Assembly (NCBI GenBank): GCA_963727805.1
Contig: CAVSHF010000003.1
Location: forward strand, 2,368,001-2,432,000
DNA from: an uncultured Nitrospiraceae bacterium
GTDB lineage: Bacteria > Nitrospirota > Thermodesulfovibrionia > Thermodesulfovibrionales > Dissulfurispiraceae
Length of the DNA stretch: 64,000 nucleotides
Direction: 5' to 3'
The notes under the pieces are model-generated. The model saw nothing but the letters and a program-made list of their open reading frames with translations. It was not told the DNA's origin and ran no database searches. Below are positions 23,545-33,193 of this stretch, in pieces. The position numbers were made by a program, and so were the translations under genes. Each line of letters begins with the position of its first letter. Position 1 is the first letter of the stretch.

Positions 23545-24726
23545 ATGCATAGAAAGGTTGCTGCAACAGGAAATGAAGCGGTTGCCAATGCAATGCGGAT
23601 AGCCAACCCTGACGTCTGCGGTGCGTATCCTATCACTCCAGCGACTGAGATTATGCAGCGTTTTACCAGCTATGTAGCAAATGGCAAAGTTAAAACCGAA
23701 ATGATACTCGCTGAGAGCGAGCACAGCGCGATGAGCGCATGTATCGGTGCGGCAGTCGCTGGAGGGCGTGTAGCCACAGCAACTTCTGCGCAGGGGCTTG
23801 CTCTCATGTGGGAGATGCTTTTTATTGCGTCGGGGTTGCGTCTGCCGATCGTGATGGGTGTCGCCAATAGGGCGCTTTCAGCGCCGATCAATATTCACTG
23901 TGACCATTCCGACGGCATGGGAGCGCGTGACTGCGGCTGGATACATCTCTATTCCGAAAGTGCCCAGGAGGCCTTTGACAATATGCTCCAGGCATTCAGG
24001 ATCGCCGAGCACGTGGACGTTCGGCTCCCGATTATGGTCGGCCTTGACGGCTTTATCACTAGCCACTCGATAGAAACCATGGAATGGATAGATGATGAAA
24101 CTGCCGGGAAGTTTGTCGGCGAATATATGCCGATCAGGCCGCTTTTGGACATCAAGAACCCCATGAGCTACGGTCCGCTGATTCTCGCTGATATGTACCA
24201 TGAGTATCGTAAGGCACATGAATATGTCATGAGCGGGGTCCCGAAAGTTGTGCTTGATGTAGCGAATGAATTTGAGCAGATCTCCGGCAGGAAGTACGGT
24301 CTCTTCGAGAGTTACCGCATTGACGATGCCGAGGTCGGCATTGTCGTTATGAGCTCTGCAGCCGGCACCACGAAGGAAGTTGTCGACCAACTCCGAGAAA
24401 AGGGCATCAAGGCTGGGGTCCTGAAGCCTCGTCTCTACAGACCATTCCCCTATGCTGAAGTCGGCGAAGCGCTCAAGCACCTCAAGGCAGTGGCTGTGCT
24501 TGATAGGGCAGATTGCTTTGGCGGTTCATTCGGTCCTCTCTATATGGATATAGCGAGCGCGCTCTATCAGTATGCGAAGAAGCCCGTCCTCGTCAATAAG
24601 ATATTTGGCCTTGGTGGCAGGGACTACATGCCTGACCAGGCGGAATACGTGGTGAATGAGCTGGTTCAGATTGCTCAGGATGGTAAGGTAAAATTTGTTA
24701 AAGAATACATCGGAGTGAGGGAGTAA
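23545..24726 (+). CDS. porA: Pyruvate/2-oxoacid:ferredoxin oxidoreductase alpha subunit
   Basis: GNEAVA, YPITP, ESEHSA, NRALSAP. Confidence 0.93.
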   Translation: MHRKVAATGNEAVANAMRIANPDVCGAYPITPATEIMQRFTSYVANGKVKTEMILAESEHSAMSACIGAAVAGGRVATATSAQGLALMWEMLFIASGLRLPIVMGVANRALSAPINIHCDHSDGMGARDCGWIHLYSESAQEAFDNMLQAFRIAEHVDVRLPIMVGLDGFITSHSIETMEWIDDETAGKFVGEYMPIRPLLDIKNPMSYGPLILADMYHEYRKAHEYVMSGVPKVVLDVANEFEQISGRKYGLFESYRIDDAEVGIVVMSSAAGTTKEVVDQLREKGIKAGVLKPRLYRPFPYAEVGEALKHLKAVAVLDRADCFGGSFGPLYMDIASALYQYAKKPVLVNKIFGLGGRDYMPDQAEYVVNELVQIAQDGKVKFVKEYIGVRE

Positions 24727-24727
24727 T

Positions 24728-25711
24728 ATGCCTAAATCACTAAGCATAAAAGAACTTTCAAAGAAAGAAGAGCTGTTTACGTCCGGACACCGTCTCTGCT
24801 CCGGCTGTGGTGCCCCAATCGTAGTTAAGATGGTCGTTATGGCCATAGATTATCCTTTGGTTGTGGCTAACGCGACTGGCTGTCTCGAGGTATCATCCTG
24901 CATATCTGAGTTTACGGCCTGGAAGATTCCATGGATGCACAGCGCGTTTGAAAACGCCGCGGCAAGCATCTCAGGTGTCGAAACTATGTACCGCTCGCTC
25001 AAGAAACAGGGAAAGATTAGCGATGAAATCAAGTTCATCGCATTCGGCGGTGATGGTGGTACGTACGACATCGGGTTTCAGAGCCTGTCTGGAGCGATGG
25101 ACCGCGGCCATGACATGCTCTATATCTGTTATGACAATGGTGCCTATATGAATACGGGTATTCAGCTTTCGTCCGCAACGCCGTTCGGCGCAAACACTAC
25201 GACTTGCCCTGTTGGTAGCCAAAACGCCGGCAAACTCCGTCAGCGAAAAGACATCACCAAGATCATAGGAGCGCACGGCGTTCCGTATGTTGCTCAGGCA
25301 TCCCCAAGTCACTGGCAGGACCTCATGAAAAAGGTAAGGAAGGCGGTTGAAATCAAAGGCCCCAAGTTCATCAATATCCTTGCTCCGTGCAACCGCGGCT
25401 GGAGGACTCAGACCAATGACGCAATAAGGCTGTCTAGGCTGGCTGTCGATACCTGCTATTGGCCACTCTTCGAGATCGAAAACGGTGTGACCAAAATTAC
25501 CCACACGCCGAAAGATAAGAAGGACATTGTCAGATATCTCAAGCCGCAGGGCCGGTTTAAGCACATGTTTACATCGGAAAATGAGTGGATGCTTACGGCA
25601 GCCCAGGAGTATGTGGATGCCTACTGGGCGAGACTGCAGCAGGAGCAGCTATGTTTCGCCTCGCAGGAGCAAGCTGAGCAGATTAAGGTAGAAAATCTTA
25701 ATTGGCAGTAG
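24728..25711 (+). CDS. porB: Pyruvate/2-oxoacid:ferredoxin oxidoreductase beta subunit (TPP)
   Basis: CSGCG, GGDGG...DN TPP motif, YMNTGIQ. Confidence 0.93.
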   Translation: MPKSLSIKELSKKEELFTSGHRLCSGCGAPIVVKMVVMAIDYPLVVANATGCLEVSSCISEFTAWKIPWMHSAFENAAASISGVETMYRSLKKQGKISDEIKFIAFGGDGGTYDIGFQSLSGAMDRGHDMLYICYDNGAYMNTGIQLSSATPFGANTTTCPVGSQNAGKLRQRKDITKIIGAHGVPYVAQASPSHWQDLMKKVRKAVEIKGPKFINILAPCNRGWRTQTNDAIRLSRLAVDTCYWPLFEIENGVTKITHTPKDKKDIVRYLKPQGRFKHMFTSENEWMLTAAQEYVDAYWARLQQEQLCFASQEQAEQIKVENLNWQ

Positions 25712-25783
25712 ACAGCTACCCTTGTGGAGGCTTCGATAGGAAAGACTGCAGACCGGGAAAGGGGATAATAAGGGGTAAGCAAG

Positions 25784-27880
25784 ATGCTTAAATACCTGTT
25801 TAACCCGGAAGCCGTCGCGGTCATTGGAGCATCCTGTGATACAAAAAAAGTAGGTTATGCTGTCGTAAACAATCTTGTAAAGTTCAAATATACCGGCAAG
25901 GTCTTTCCGATCAATCCGACCGCTCCCGAGGTTCTTGGCCTCAGGGCGTATCCATCGCTCTCTGCGGTCGGAGAGAAGATAGACCTTGCCGTCATCTGTA
26001 TCCCCGCCAGGTTTGCCCCCGGTGTTATGAGAGAGTGCGGCGAAGCGAAGGTTAAAGCAACAGTCGTTATCACCGCAGGATTCAAAGAGGCCGGGCATGA
26101 AGGATTGCTCCTCGAGCAAGAGATGGTCCAGATTGCAAAAGATTACGGGATCCGAATACTCGGCCCCAACTGTCTGGGCGTGATAAACACGTCGAATAAC
26201 ATGAACGCCTCTTTCGGCGGGGAGATACTCAAGGGCCGAACGGCCCTTTTTTCACAATCCGGTGCACTCGGGGTAGCGATCATGGACTGGGCGCTGGAAT
26301 GTAACTTCGGTTTTTCAAAAGTCATAAGCCTCGGAAATAAATCGGACCTCAATGAGGCCGATTTTCTAGAATATTTCATCAATGATGCCGAAACTGATGT
26401 AGTGCTCGGGTACATCGAGGATGTTATTGACGGCAAGAGATTTATGGAGATTGCCCGAAAGGCCACACGGGTAAAACCGGTAATTCTCGTCAAGGCTGGC
26501 GGGACTGTATCAGGTGCTCGGGCTGCGTCATCGCATACCGGCGCGCTTGCAGGATCGGAGACTGCTTTCACTGCGGCGTTCAGACAAACGGGAATTATCA
26601 GGGCTCAGGGAATCCAGGACCTCTTCGATATGGCGCTCACATTCTCTGGTGGAAAACTGCCTGCTGGTGACAGGCTACTGATCATCACAAACGCAGGCGG
26701 GCCAGGCATTATCGCGGCGGATGCGGCGGACAAAATCGGTATTACTCTTTCGCCCATGACTAGGGAGTCGATCGATGCGATCGCTCCGCTACTGCCGTCC
26801 AACGCGTGTCTATACAATCCGATCGACATTATTGGCGACGCGACATCGGAAAGATATGCGACAGTATTGAACAGGGCGGTGATCGATCCGAATGTCGACG
26901 GCATTTTAATGCTACTCACTCCGCAGGCAATGACCGATGTCGATAACATAGCTGAAATCATTATCGATAGCGCGTCGAAAACTGACAAGCCTGTTATTTC
27001 TGCGTTCGTCGGCGGGAATACTGTTCGTGCAGCAGTTGCGCAGATGAAACTACATTCGATCCCGGCCTTTTCTTATCCCGAAGTAGCGGTTAATGCTTTT
27101 AAAAAGCTCTTCGAATTCTCTGCAACTAGGGGAAAGGAGCGGGGGGGTGAGCGTTTCGTCATCCCTGAGGACAACAGGGCTGCGGTCCGTGAGATGATCG
27201 ATGAGATGCGCGCGACTGGTCATTCTGAATTTGGCGACGACTCGTCAATGCAGATACTGATGCATTATGGCTTCACCTTCCCCCAGTGTGGGCTGTCCCG
27301 TACAGCCAGGGAAGCTGCAGTTTTAGGAAAGAGGATTGGGTTCCCTGTTGTTATGAAGATATCGTCGCCCGACATCCTTCACAAAACAGATGTGGGTGGG
27401 GTAAAGTTCAATATTGAGTCCGCCGAGGCTGCTTCAGACGCCTTCATCGAAATTACGGCTAATGCTAGAAGGTTTATGCCGGATGCATATATCAACGGCG
27501 TTACCGTGTATCAAATGGTGAAGGAAGGCAAGGAGGTCATCCTGGGTGTTACATACGACCGGACGTTCGGGCATATGATCATGTTCGGGCTGGGAGGCAT
27601 TTACGTAGAGGTCCTGAAAGACGTTTCATTCAGAATTGCCCCTGTTTCCCGGGACGAGGCTTCCAGCATGGTAACTGACATAAGATCAATCGCACTACTG
27701 AGAGGCGTGCGGGGCGAAAGGCCAGCAGATATCGGGGCCATTGTCGATGGTATCATGCGGGTCTCGGCCCTTGTCACGGACTTCCCCGAAATAAGAGAAC
27801 TCGACATTAACCCGCTCAAGGTAATGTACAAAGGCGCCTTAGCCCTGGATTCGCGCATTATTTTTGAACCCGCGGCTTAA
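25784..27880 (+). CDS. Acetate--CoA ligase (ADP-forming) family, fused alpha/beta
   Basis: CoA-binding N-terminus, GPNCLG, SSHTG phospho-His, ATP-grasp HKTDVGGV, ELDINP. Confidence 0.92.
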   Translation: MLKYLFNPEAVAVIGASCDTKKVGYAVVNNLVKFKYTGKVFPINPTAPEVLGLRAYPSLSAVGEKIDLAVICIPARFAPGVMRECGEAKVKATVVITAGFKEAGHEGLLLEQEMVQIAKDYGIRILGPNCLGVINTSNNMNASFGGEILKGRTALFSQSGALGVAIMDWALECNFGFSKVISLGNKSDLNEADFLEYFINDAETDVVLGYIEDVIDGKRFMEIARKATRVKPVILVKAGGTVSGARAASSHTGALAGSETAFTAAFRQTGIIRAQGIQDLFDMALTFSGGKLPAGDRLLIITNAGGPGIIAADAADKIGITLSPMTRESIDAIAPLLPSNACLYNPIDIIGDATSERYATVLNRAVIDPNVDGILMLLTPQAMTDVDNIAEIIIDSASKTDKPVISAFVGGNTVRAAVAQMKLHSIPAFSYPEVAVNAFKKLFEFSATRGKERGGERFVIPEDNRAAVREMIDEMRATGHSEFGDDSSMQILMHYGFTFPQCGLSRTAREAAVLGKRIGFPVVMKISSPDILHKTDVGGVKFNIESAEAASDAFIEITANARRFMPDAYINGVTVYQMVKEGKEVILGVTYDRTFGHMIMFGLGGIYVEVLKDVSFRIAPVSRDEASSMVTDIRSIALLRGVRGERPADIGAIVDGIMRVSALVTDFPEIRELDINPLKVMYKGALALDSRIIFEPAA

Positions 27881-27918
27881 GGTCAACGCGAATAAAGCAT
27901 ACGCGAGGAGAGAAAGAG

Positions 27919-28980
27919 ATGATCCCAATACTGATAACATCGAACAGGACGAAAGCCGGAAAGGTTTTTTTAACCATCGGACTTGGACAGAAGCTTCTGC
28001 AGCAGGGCTACAAAATCGGTTATATCAAGCCTCTCGGCACCGTCCCAGTTAAACACGGACACGATGTCTTCGACGAAGATGCGATATTCATCAAAGACGC
28101 CCTCGCCCTCGGTGACCCTCTCAGCATAATATCACCTTTTGTCCTGAGTTACGAAACACAGAACCTTCTGCTTGAAGGGGGAATGAAAGATGCCGCGAGG
28201 CCGGTGCTGGATGCGTTCGATGCGCTGAAAGACAGGGATTTTGTTCTCATTCATGGCGCGGGAGATGTCTTCGAGGGGACTTCTCTCAATCTCGATGCGG
28301 GCACCATGGCAAAAGAAATGAATGCCCGCGTCGTCATCGTGGAACCATGGAGGGGCGATCTTTCGATAGATACAATTTTAGGGGCCCAGAAGTTTTTTGG
28401 CGAGCACTTCTGCGGCGGCATTTTCAACAAAATCCCAGAGAACCAGTTACCTCACGTTAAGGAGATCGTTAAGCCTTTTATCGAAAAGAAGGGAATTCCT
28501 GTCTACGGCATCTTCAAGAAGGACAAGATACTGGAGGCGGTAACGGTCAAACACCTTGTGGAAGTTCTGAACGGTCACGTCCTCGACTGCGAAGACAAGC
28601 TCGGAGAATTTGTCGAGAACTTCTCCATAGGCGCTATGGATGTGGATTCGGCCCTAAGCTATTTCAGAAGGACCCCGAACAAAGCGGTTATCACAGGTGC
28701 TCACAGAACCGATATTCAGCTCGTCGCTCTGGAAACATCTACCAAGTGCATTATCCTCACCGGCGGGCTTCAAACAAGTGATGTAGTTATCGGCAAGGCA
28801 CAAGCCAAGGGAATACCGATCATATCCGTCGAGACGGATACGTTTACCACTGTTGACAGAATAGAGAGAATAATGGGACAAACGATGATACGTGAAAAAG
28901 GAAAGGTCGACCGCGCGAAAGAGGTTGTCAGCTTAGAGTTGGATATCAATAAATTCCTGAAATGCATGTCTATTTTCTGA
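27919..28980 (+). CDS. Phosphotransacetylase-family N-terminal (AAA_26 + DRTGG) protein
   Basis: GYIKPLG, IGAMD, VITGAHRTDIQ...ILTGG; no PTA catalytic domain. Confidence 0.88.
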   Translation: MIPILITSNRTKAGKVFLTIGLGQKLLQQGYKIGYIKPLGTVPVKHGHDVFDEDAIFIKDALALGDPLSIISPFVLSYETQNLLLEGGMKDAARPVLDAFDALKDRDFVLIHGAGDVFEGTSLNLDAGTMAKEMNARVVIVEPWRGDLSIDTILGAQKFFGEHFCGGIFNKIPENQLPHVKEIVKPFIEKKGIPVYGIFKKDKILEAVTVKHLVEVLNGHVLDCEDKLGEFVENFSIGAMDVDSALSYFRRTPNKAVITGAHRTDIQLVALETSTKCIILTGGLQTSDVVIGKAQAKGIPIISVETDTFTTVDRIERIMGQTMIREKGKVDRAKEVVSLELDINKFLKCMSIF

Positions 28981-29150
28981 AGAGGGAAAAGAACATAAAG
29001 AGCATTATCAAGTCAAAATCTAAGACTTCCGAGGAAATCCAGCTCAACCCCTATCTCAAAGAGCATGGTATCCCGGTGAGGGCGGCCGATCTGGGAGATT
29101 GGATAATACAACTTGCCGAGCAGGCACCACCCGTATGGTCACGTAGCGCT
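28978..29150 (+). pseudogene. Internal fragment of lactate utilization protein LutB/LldF
   Basis: KSKSKTSEEIQLNPYLKEHGIPVRAADLGDWIIQLAEQAP resembles LutB KSKSM..EEI.LN..L...G..V.ETDLGE.IIQLA; rest of gene absent. Confidence 0.75.
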
Positions 29151-29282
29151 CCTATGGATGCAGTTGGCTGCGTTATGCAAATCAGGTAGGCCTTGACAAG
29201 CAAAACTTGGATATCAGGGCAATGCAAACTGCAGAAATTCTTGCGAAGCAATTCAAATAAAATATATGTGGGGAGGGCTAAT

Positions 29283-30302
29283 ATGGATTTGAAGACGCTC
29301 AGGACGACCGCTCGAGAACGAATGAAGGGATACTGTCGAGTGTGCCCCGTATGCAATGGCGTTGCATGCGCAGGAGAAGTCCCGGGAATGGGGGGCGTGG
29401 GGACTGGGAGCGCCTTTGGGGGAAATCTGGAGGCCTTGGCGAAACGCCGCTTGAACATGAAGACTATCCATGATGTTAAGACCGCAGATACTTCGTTTCC
29501 CCTGTGGGGAGAGACGCTCGCCATGCCGGTGCTGGGTGCTCCGTTGACGGGGGTTTCATACAACATGGGCGGACAGATGTCGGAATCGGAATTTTCTGAA
29601 ATGCTCATTAGTGGGGCCCTCCTCGCGGGGACTATCGGAATGATCGGCGACGGTGCAGATCCCGAGATGTACAACGGCGGGATAGCTGCGATTGCCAACC
29701 ACATGGGTAAGGGTATCCCGATCATAAAACCGAGGCAACAGAATGAGGTCATAAAGCGTATCCGTCAGGCCGAAGAAGCGGGGGCCATTGCAGTTGGTAT
29801 CGACATCGACGGGGCTGGGCTCGTGACGATGGCGATGAAAGGGCAGCCTGTTGGACCAAAGACATTAAGAGAGCTTTCTGAAATTATCAAGGCTACACGG
29901 TTACCCTTTATCCTTAAAGGGATCATGACTCCGGTCGAAGCTGATCTAGCGGTCGAAGCAGGTGCGGCGGCGATCGTCGTCTCCAACCACGGAGGTAGGG
30001 TGCTAGATTACACCCCGGGCGTTGCCGATGTCCTCTCCAAGATAGCTGATCATGTCAGGGGCAAAGTGGTAATCTTTGCTGATGGGGGAGTCAGGGCGGG
30101 CACCGATGTACTCAAACTACTTTCATTGGGCGCAGATGGGGTTTTAGTGGGAAGACCGCTTACGACCGGGGCCTTCGGCGGAGGGGGAGATGGCGTCGCG
30201 TTCTTGCTAAGAAAAATGATGAACGAGCTGGTTCAGGCTATGCTTCTAACCGGAACCGCGGATATAAAGAATGTGAACCGGGACATTATCTATCAATACT
30301 AA
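29283..30302 (+). CDS. FMN-dependent alpha-hydroxy acid dehydrogenase with N-terminal Cys cluster
   Basis: CRVCPVCNGVAC, ILKGI, VVSNHGGRVLD, DGGVR, VGRP. Confidence 0.92.
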   Translation: MDLKTLRTTARERMKGYCRVCPVCNGVACAGEVPGMGGVGTGSAFGGNLEALAKRRLNMKTIHDVKTADTSFPLWGETLAMPVLGAPLTGVSYNMGGQMSESEFSEMLISGALLAGTIGMIGDGADPEMYNGGIAAIANHMGKGIPIIKPRQQNEVIKRIRQAEEAGAIAVGIDIDGAGLVTMAMKGQPVGPKTLRELSEIIKATRLPFILKGIMTPVEADLAVEAGAAAIVVSNHGGRVLDYTPGVADVLSKIADHVRGKVVIFADGGVRAGTDVLKLLSLGADGVLVGRPLTTGAFGGGGDGVAFLLRKMMNELVQAMLLTGTADIKNVNRDIIYQY

Positions 30303-30780
30303 GAAGGAGCCATGATAACATGTGTTTATAAAAGATGATATGCTTCAGGTCATGTTCTGTGGATTATGTCGTCACGCGATCTCATATGTTGAAAAAATAA
30401 AATGGAAGATATTGTCCCTTTAAAAACCGAGAAAATCAGTGGTGTAATTTTAAATGCAGTCGATGGCTGATACGTGGACAGAGATTTATGAAAGTCCCAG
30501 GAGAAAGATATTTGAACCATTCTTTACAATAAAATAAATGGGTAAATGGACTCGGGCTGGCGATGGTATAGGGATAATCAGACAGCACAACGGATTTGTC
30601 ATGTCTATAGCGAGCCCGATAAAGGCATGACATTCATGATATATACATCCCGTCAATGTAGCGAGAAGAGGATGAATCGGAACGGGGAAGCCGGTTTCAG
30701 TGAAAGGGAGAACGGAGACGATCCTGCTGGCAGAACACTAAACAGAAGTGTCCCGTTGAAGCTACCGGGATTGCGTAGCA

Positions 30781-31332
30781 TCACTTGATCCTCTTCGAGA
30801 TCGCCTTGAACTCTTCGGTCCCCGCGACTTTCAGCAATTGAAAAAGCACCGTTTCGGTGCAGGAGATGACTGCCCCCGCGTTGCGCATGTACTCAACTCC
30901 CGTATTCCAGTTCTCTTTTGTTCTTGAGCAGACAGCATCTTTTACAATATGAACGTTGAAACCCTCGTTCAGGAGATGGACGCATGTCTGGAGCACGCAT
31001 ACGTGTGTTTCCATGCCGGTCATGATGATGGTTTTTCGCTTCAATGCACGGAGTTTGTTGACGAATCCCTGTTCGCCGCAGCAACTAAAACTGACTTTCT
31101 CAATGGGCTGATAATCGGGCACGGCTTTTTTGATAGCCTCGATGGTTCGGCCAAGACCTTTGGGATACTGTTCAGTAACGAGAACAGGCATTGCGATCAT
31201 CTTTGCCAGCTCGATGAGGTGAAGGCAGTTTCCGATCACAGAATCTTTTACTCGCATGGCATTCACCAGCCGTTCCTGGATATCGATGATGATCAGAATA
31301 GATTCGTCGGTCGAGGGAAAGAACTTGTCCAT
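30781..31332 (-). CDS. Isochorismatase-family hydrolase
   Basis: IDIQERL, TEQYPKGLG, GMETHVCVLQT; GGAGG RBS before ATG 31332. Confidence 0.93.
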   Translation of the reverse strand: MDKFFPSTDESILIIIDIQERLVNAMRVKDSVIGNCLHLIELAKMIAMPVLVTEQYPKGLGRTIEAIKKAVPDYQPIEKVSFSCCGEQGFVNKLRALKRKTIIMTGMETHVCVLQTCVHLLNEGFNVHIVKDAVCSRTKENWNTGVEYMRNAGAVISCTETVLFQLLKVAGTEEFKAISKRIK

Positions 31333-31439
31333 GCAACCTCCAATAATCCGAAGTAATAGATCATTTAAACACATCTCAAGGATGTTTTCAATACGGACTT
31401 TTCCTAAGTGTCAATTTAGATATAATCAAGGGTGGTGCC

Positions 31440-31600
31440 CACAGAGAGTATGCCATTGAAAGCGCCAAAACCCATTTATTGCGGCTCATCAGGCTCAAGG
31501 AGCAGATTGAGAAGGGGACAATCGATACGATCAATGGCTGTCAGCAATCGAGGGTCAGAACAACATTTCCCCTCAATATCGTCTACAGGCTTTTTCCCTG
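31440..31600 (+). pseudogene. Frameshifted C-terminal remnant resembling GH57 branching enzyme (DUF1957)
   Basis: Frames joined by eye: HREYAIESAKTHLLRLIRLKEQIEKGTID / DQWLSAIEGQNNI / NIVYRLF. Confidence 0.55.
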
Positions 31601-31650
31601 ACTAGGCATGGTCATGCATGGCGTATTTCGGATTATATTTGGCAGATAAT

Positions 31651-31812
31651 AAAAAAGTGGTGCTTGCTTCCTTTCTCTACTCAGCGGTTTGCAACATCTT
31701 GAGACATTCGACATGAGACTCTTTGTGTCTGACATCTTACGTCCTGCGACTTTACAACCATTCGCTGAGTTCTGAAAGGAGCAAGACCACCACTTGGTGA
31801 GCGCATCCTCTT
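31651..31812 (-). ncRNA. Candidate small RNA of unknown family
   Basis: Interrupted closing stem (31655-31686 pairing with 31763-31795), 3' U-tract, upstream TTGACA-N17-TATAAA. Confidence 0.65.
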
Positions 31813-31818
31813 AATTCA

Positions 31819-31847
31819 TTTATACACCCATTTCGGGTCATTGTCAA
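31819..31847 (-). promoter_or_regulatory. Near-consensus sigma70 promoter
   Basis: TTGACA (31847-31842), 17 bp spacer, TATAAA (31824-31819). Confidence 0.75.
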
Positions 31848-31912
31848 GTTAATTTTTATGCAAACTTTTTAAAGGGAAAAGAACTCAGATTTAATCGACA
31901 AAATACCACAAT

Positions 31913-32581
31913 TTATCGCATATACCCGCTCACCAGTATATGCCTGTCGCTTATTTCTTTCACATCGAGGAATTCGATATTTTCTTCTCTGAGCTGAGAT
32001 TTGATCTCTTCGAATTCGTATGCTGCAAGAAGAGAGTTAAAAAAATCGTTTTTTAAAATTTCCGGCTCGTTTTTTGAATAGACCTCGACCAGCTTGTGAG
32101 CTTCTTCAGGCGATCCAGGTCGTTTGAGGTCGACAATAAAGACTGGCGCACCCACGGTCGTGTAACGCTTTACCGTTTTCCAGAGCACATCTGGGGTCTT
32201 GAGATGATGAAGAAGGCTGTTGCTGATTACGGTATCGTATTTCAAACGGGGTAGCGCGGCAGTGGGAAGAAAGCCATGAATCAGTTCAACTCGCCCTCTG
32301 ATGTCTGGGGCGGCCGCTAAAAGCTCTCTCCCGCACCTGAGCATCGCTTCGGCCCCATCTATTCCATGGACCAGGCAGTCAGGATAGGCACGCGCAAAAC
32401 GAAAGGCTATGTCCCCAGGGCCGCAGCCGAGGTCGAGGACATATCCGCTTATTCTCGTGGTTTCAAATGTCTTCTGAAAAAATCCTATAACCCGATTGTG
32501 AGGCTCGGTGAAATCGGCCTGCGTATAAGCAATGGCCTGGGCAACATCGTTCATCAGTTCGGGTTCGGGGATGCGTTTCAT
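31913..32581 (-). CDS. Class I SAM-dependent methyltransferase
   Basis: VLDLGCGPG, GIDGA, SNSLLHH. Confidence 0.92.
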   Translation of the reverse strand: MKRIPEPELMNDVAQAIAYTQADFTEPHNRVIGFFQKTFETTRISGYVLDLGCGPGDIAFRFARAYPDCLVHGIDGAEAMLRCGRELLAAAPDIRGRVELIHGFLPTAALPRLKYDTVISNSLLHHLKTPDVLWKTVKRYTTVGAPVFIVDLKRPGSPEEAHKLVEVYSKNEPEILKNDFFNSLLAAYEFEEIKSQLREENIEFLDVKEISDRHILVSGYMR

Positions 32582-32590
32582 AAAATAGTA

Positions 32591-32967
32591 TCAACTCCAC
32601 TTCTTATCAATTTTGAGGATATGGTTCTTAAGCCAATTTGCTAGAAAGTTTAGCAGTTCATCGCAGGTGTCTTCCTTGTTACCCTGTTGAATATTGACGA
32701 GATGAAAAATCTTGTCTATAAATATCAGATGCTCGTCTTAGTGCTGATTGTATTCCATATAATGACACTTTCCCATAGCTTTTTCCTCCGCAAAAAATGA
32801 TAGAGGCTATAGTTTGAGAGCTCAGCCAGGGCTTCCCGTGTGACTTTCCGGGCGTCACCGGTTTTCAAAAAGGCATCAAGTCTGTTGATGAGATCGATGA
32901 TAGGTTTGTGGTGTGGATCGAACTCTTCTATTTCGACAGACATGTCATTCTTCTATTCAATCATCAT
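32591..32967 (-). pseudogene. Bacteriohemerythrin pseudogene
   Basis: MIE*KNDMSVEIEEFDPHHK...YHF / AEEKAM...YNQH*DEH...WLKNHILKID; two in-frame stops and one frameshift in a T run. Confidence 0.85.
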
Positions 32968-33193
32968 TCAAGAGTGCCACAGTTCCTTTAATTATTCTGC
33001 TAAAAGCATAGTTTATCATCCGTGTTCTGTCAACTCCTGATTCTTCTTTCAGTCTCCTTTCTGCCCTAAGGTGTGGTATGTGCTGGCCTCTGTGATCGCA
33101 TTTGTATTTTTACAGGCTGGTGGTAAAATGATATTTAGTTTAAAATCCACGGAAGCATGCCGATTCCTTCGGCATTAAAGAAAGAGAGAGGCC

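Noticed and set aside
30310..30780. Short Cys-containing ORFs, vaguely rubredoxin-like
   Set aside because: No paired CxxC motifs in one frame; too degraded to call
31431..31440. TGGTGCC resembling the tRNA-Leu 3' end as an att repeat
   Set aside because: Only 7 bp match, expected by chance
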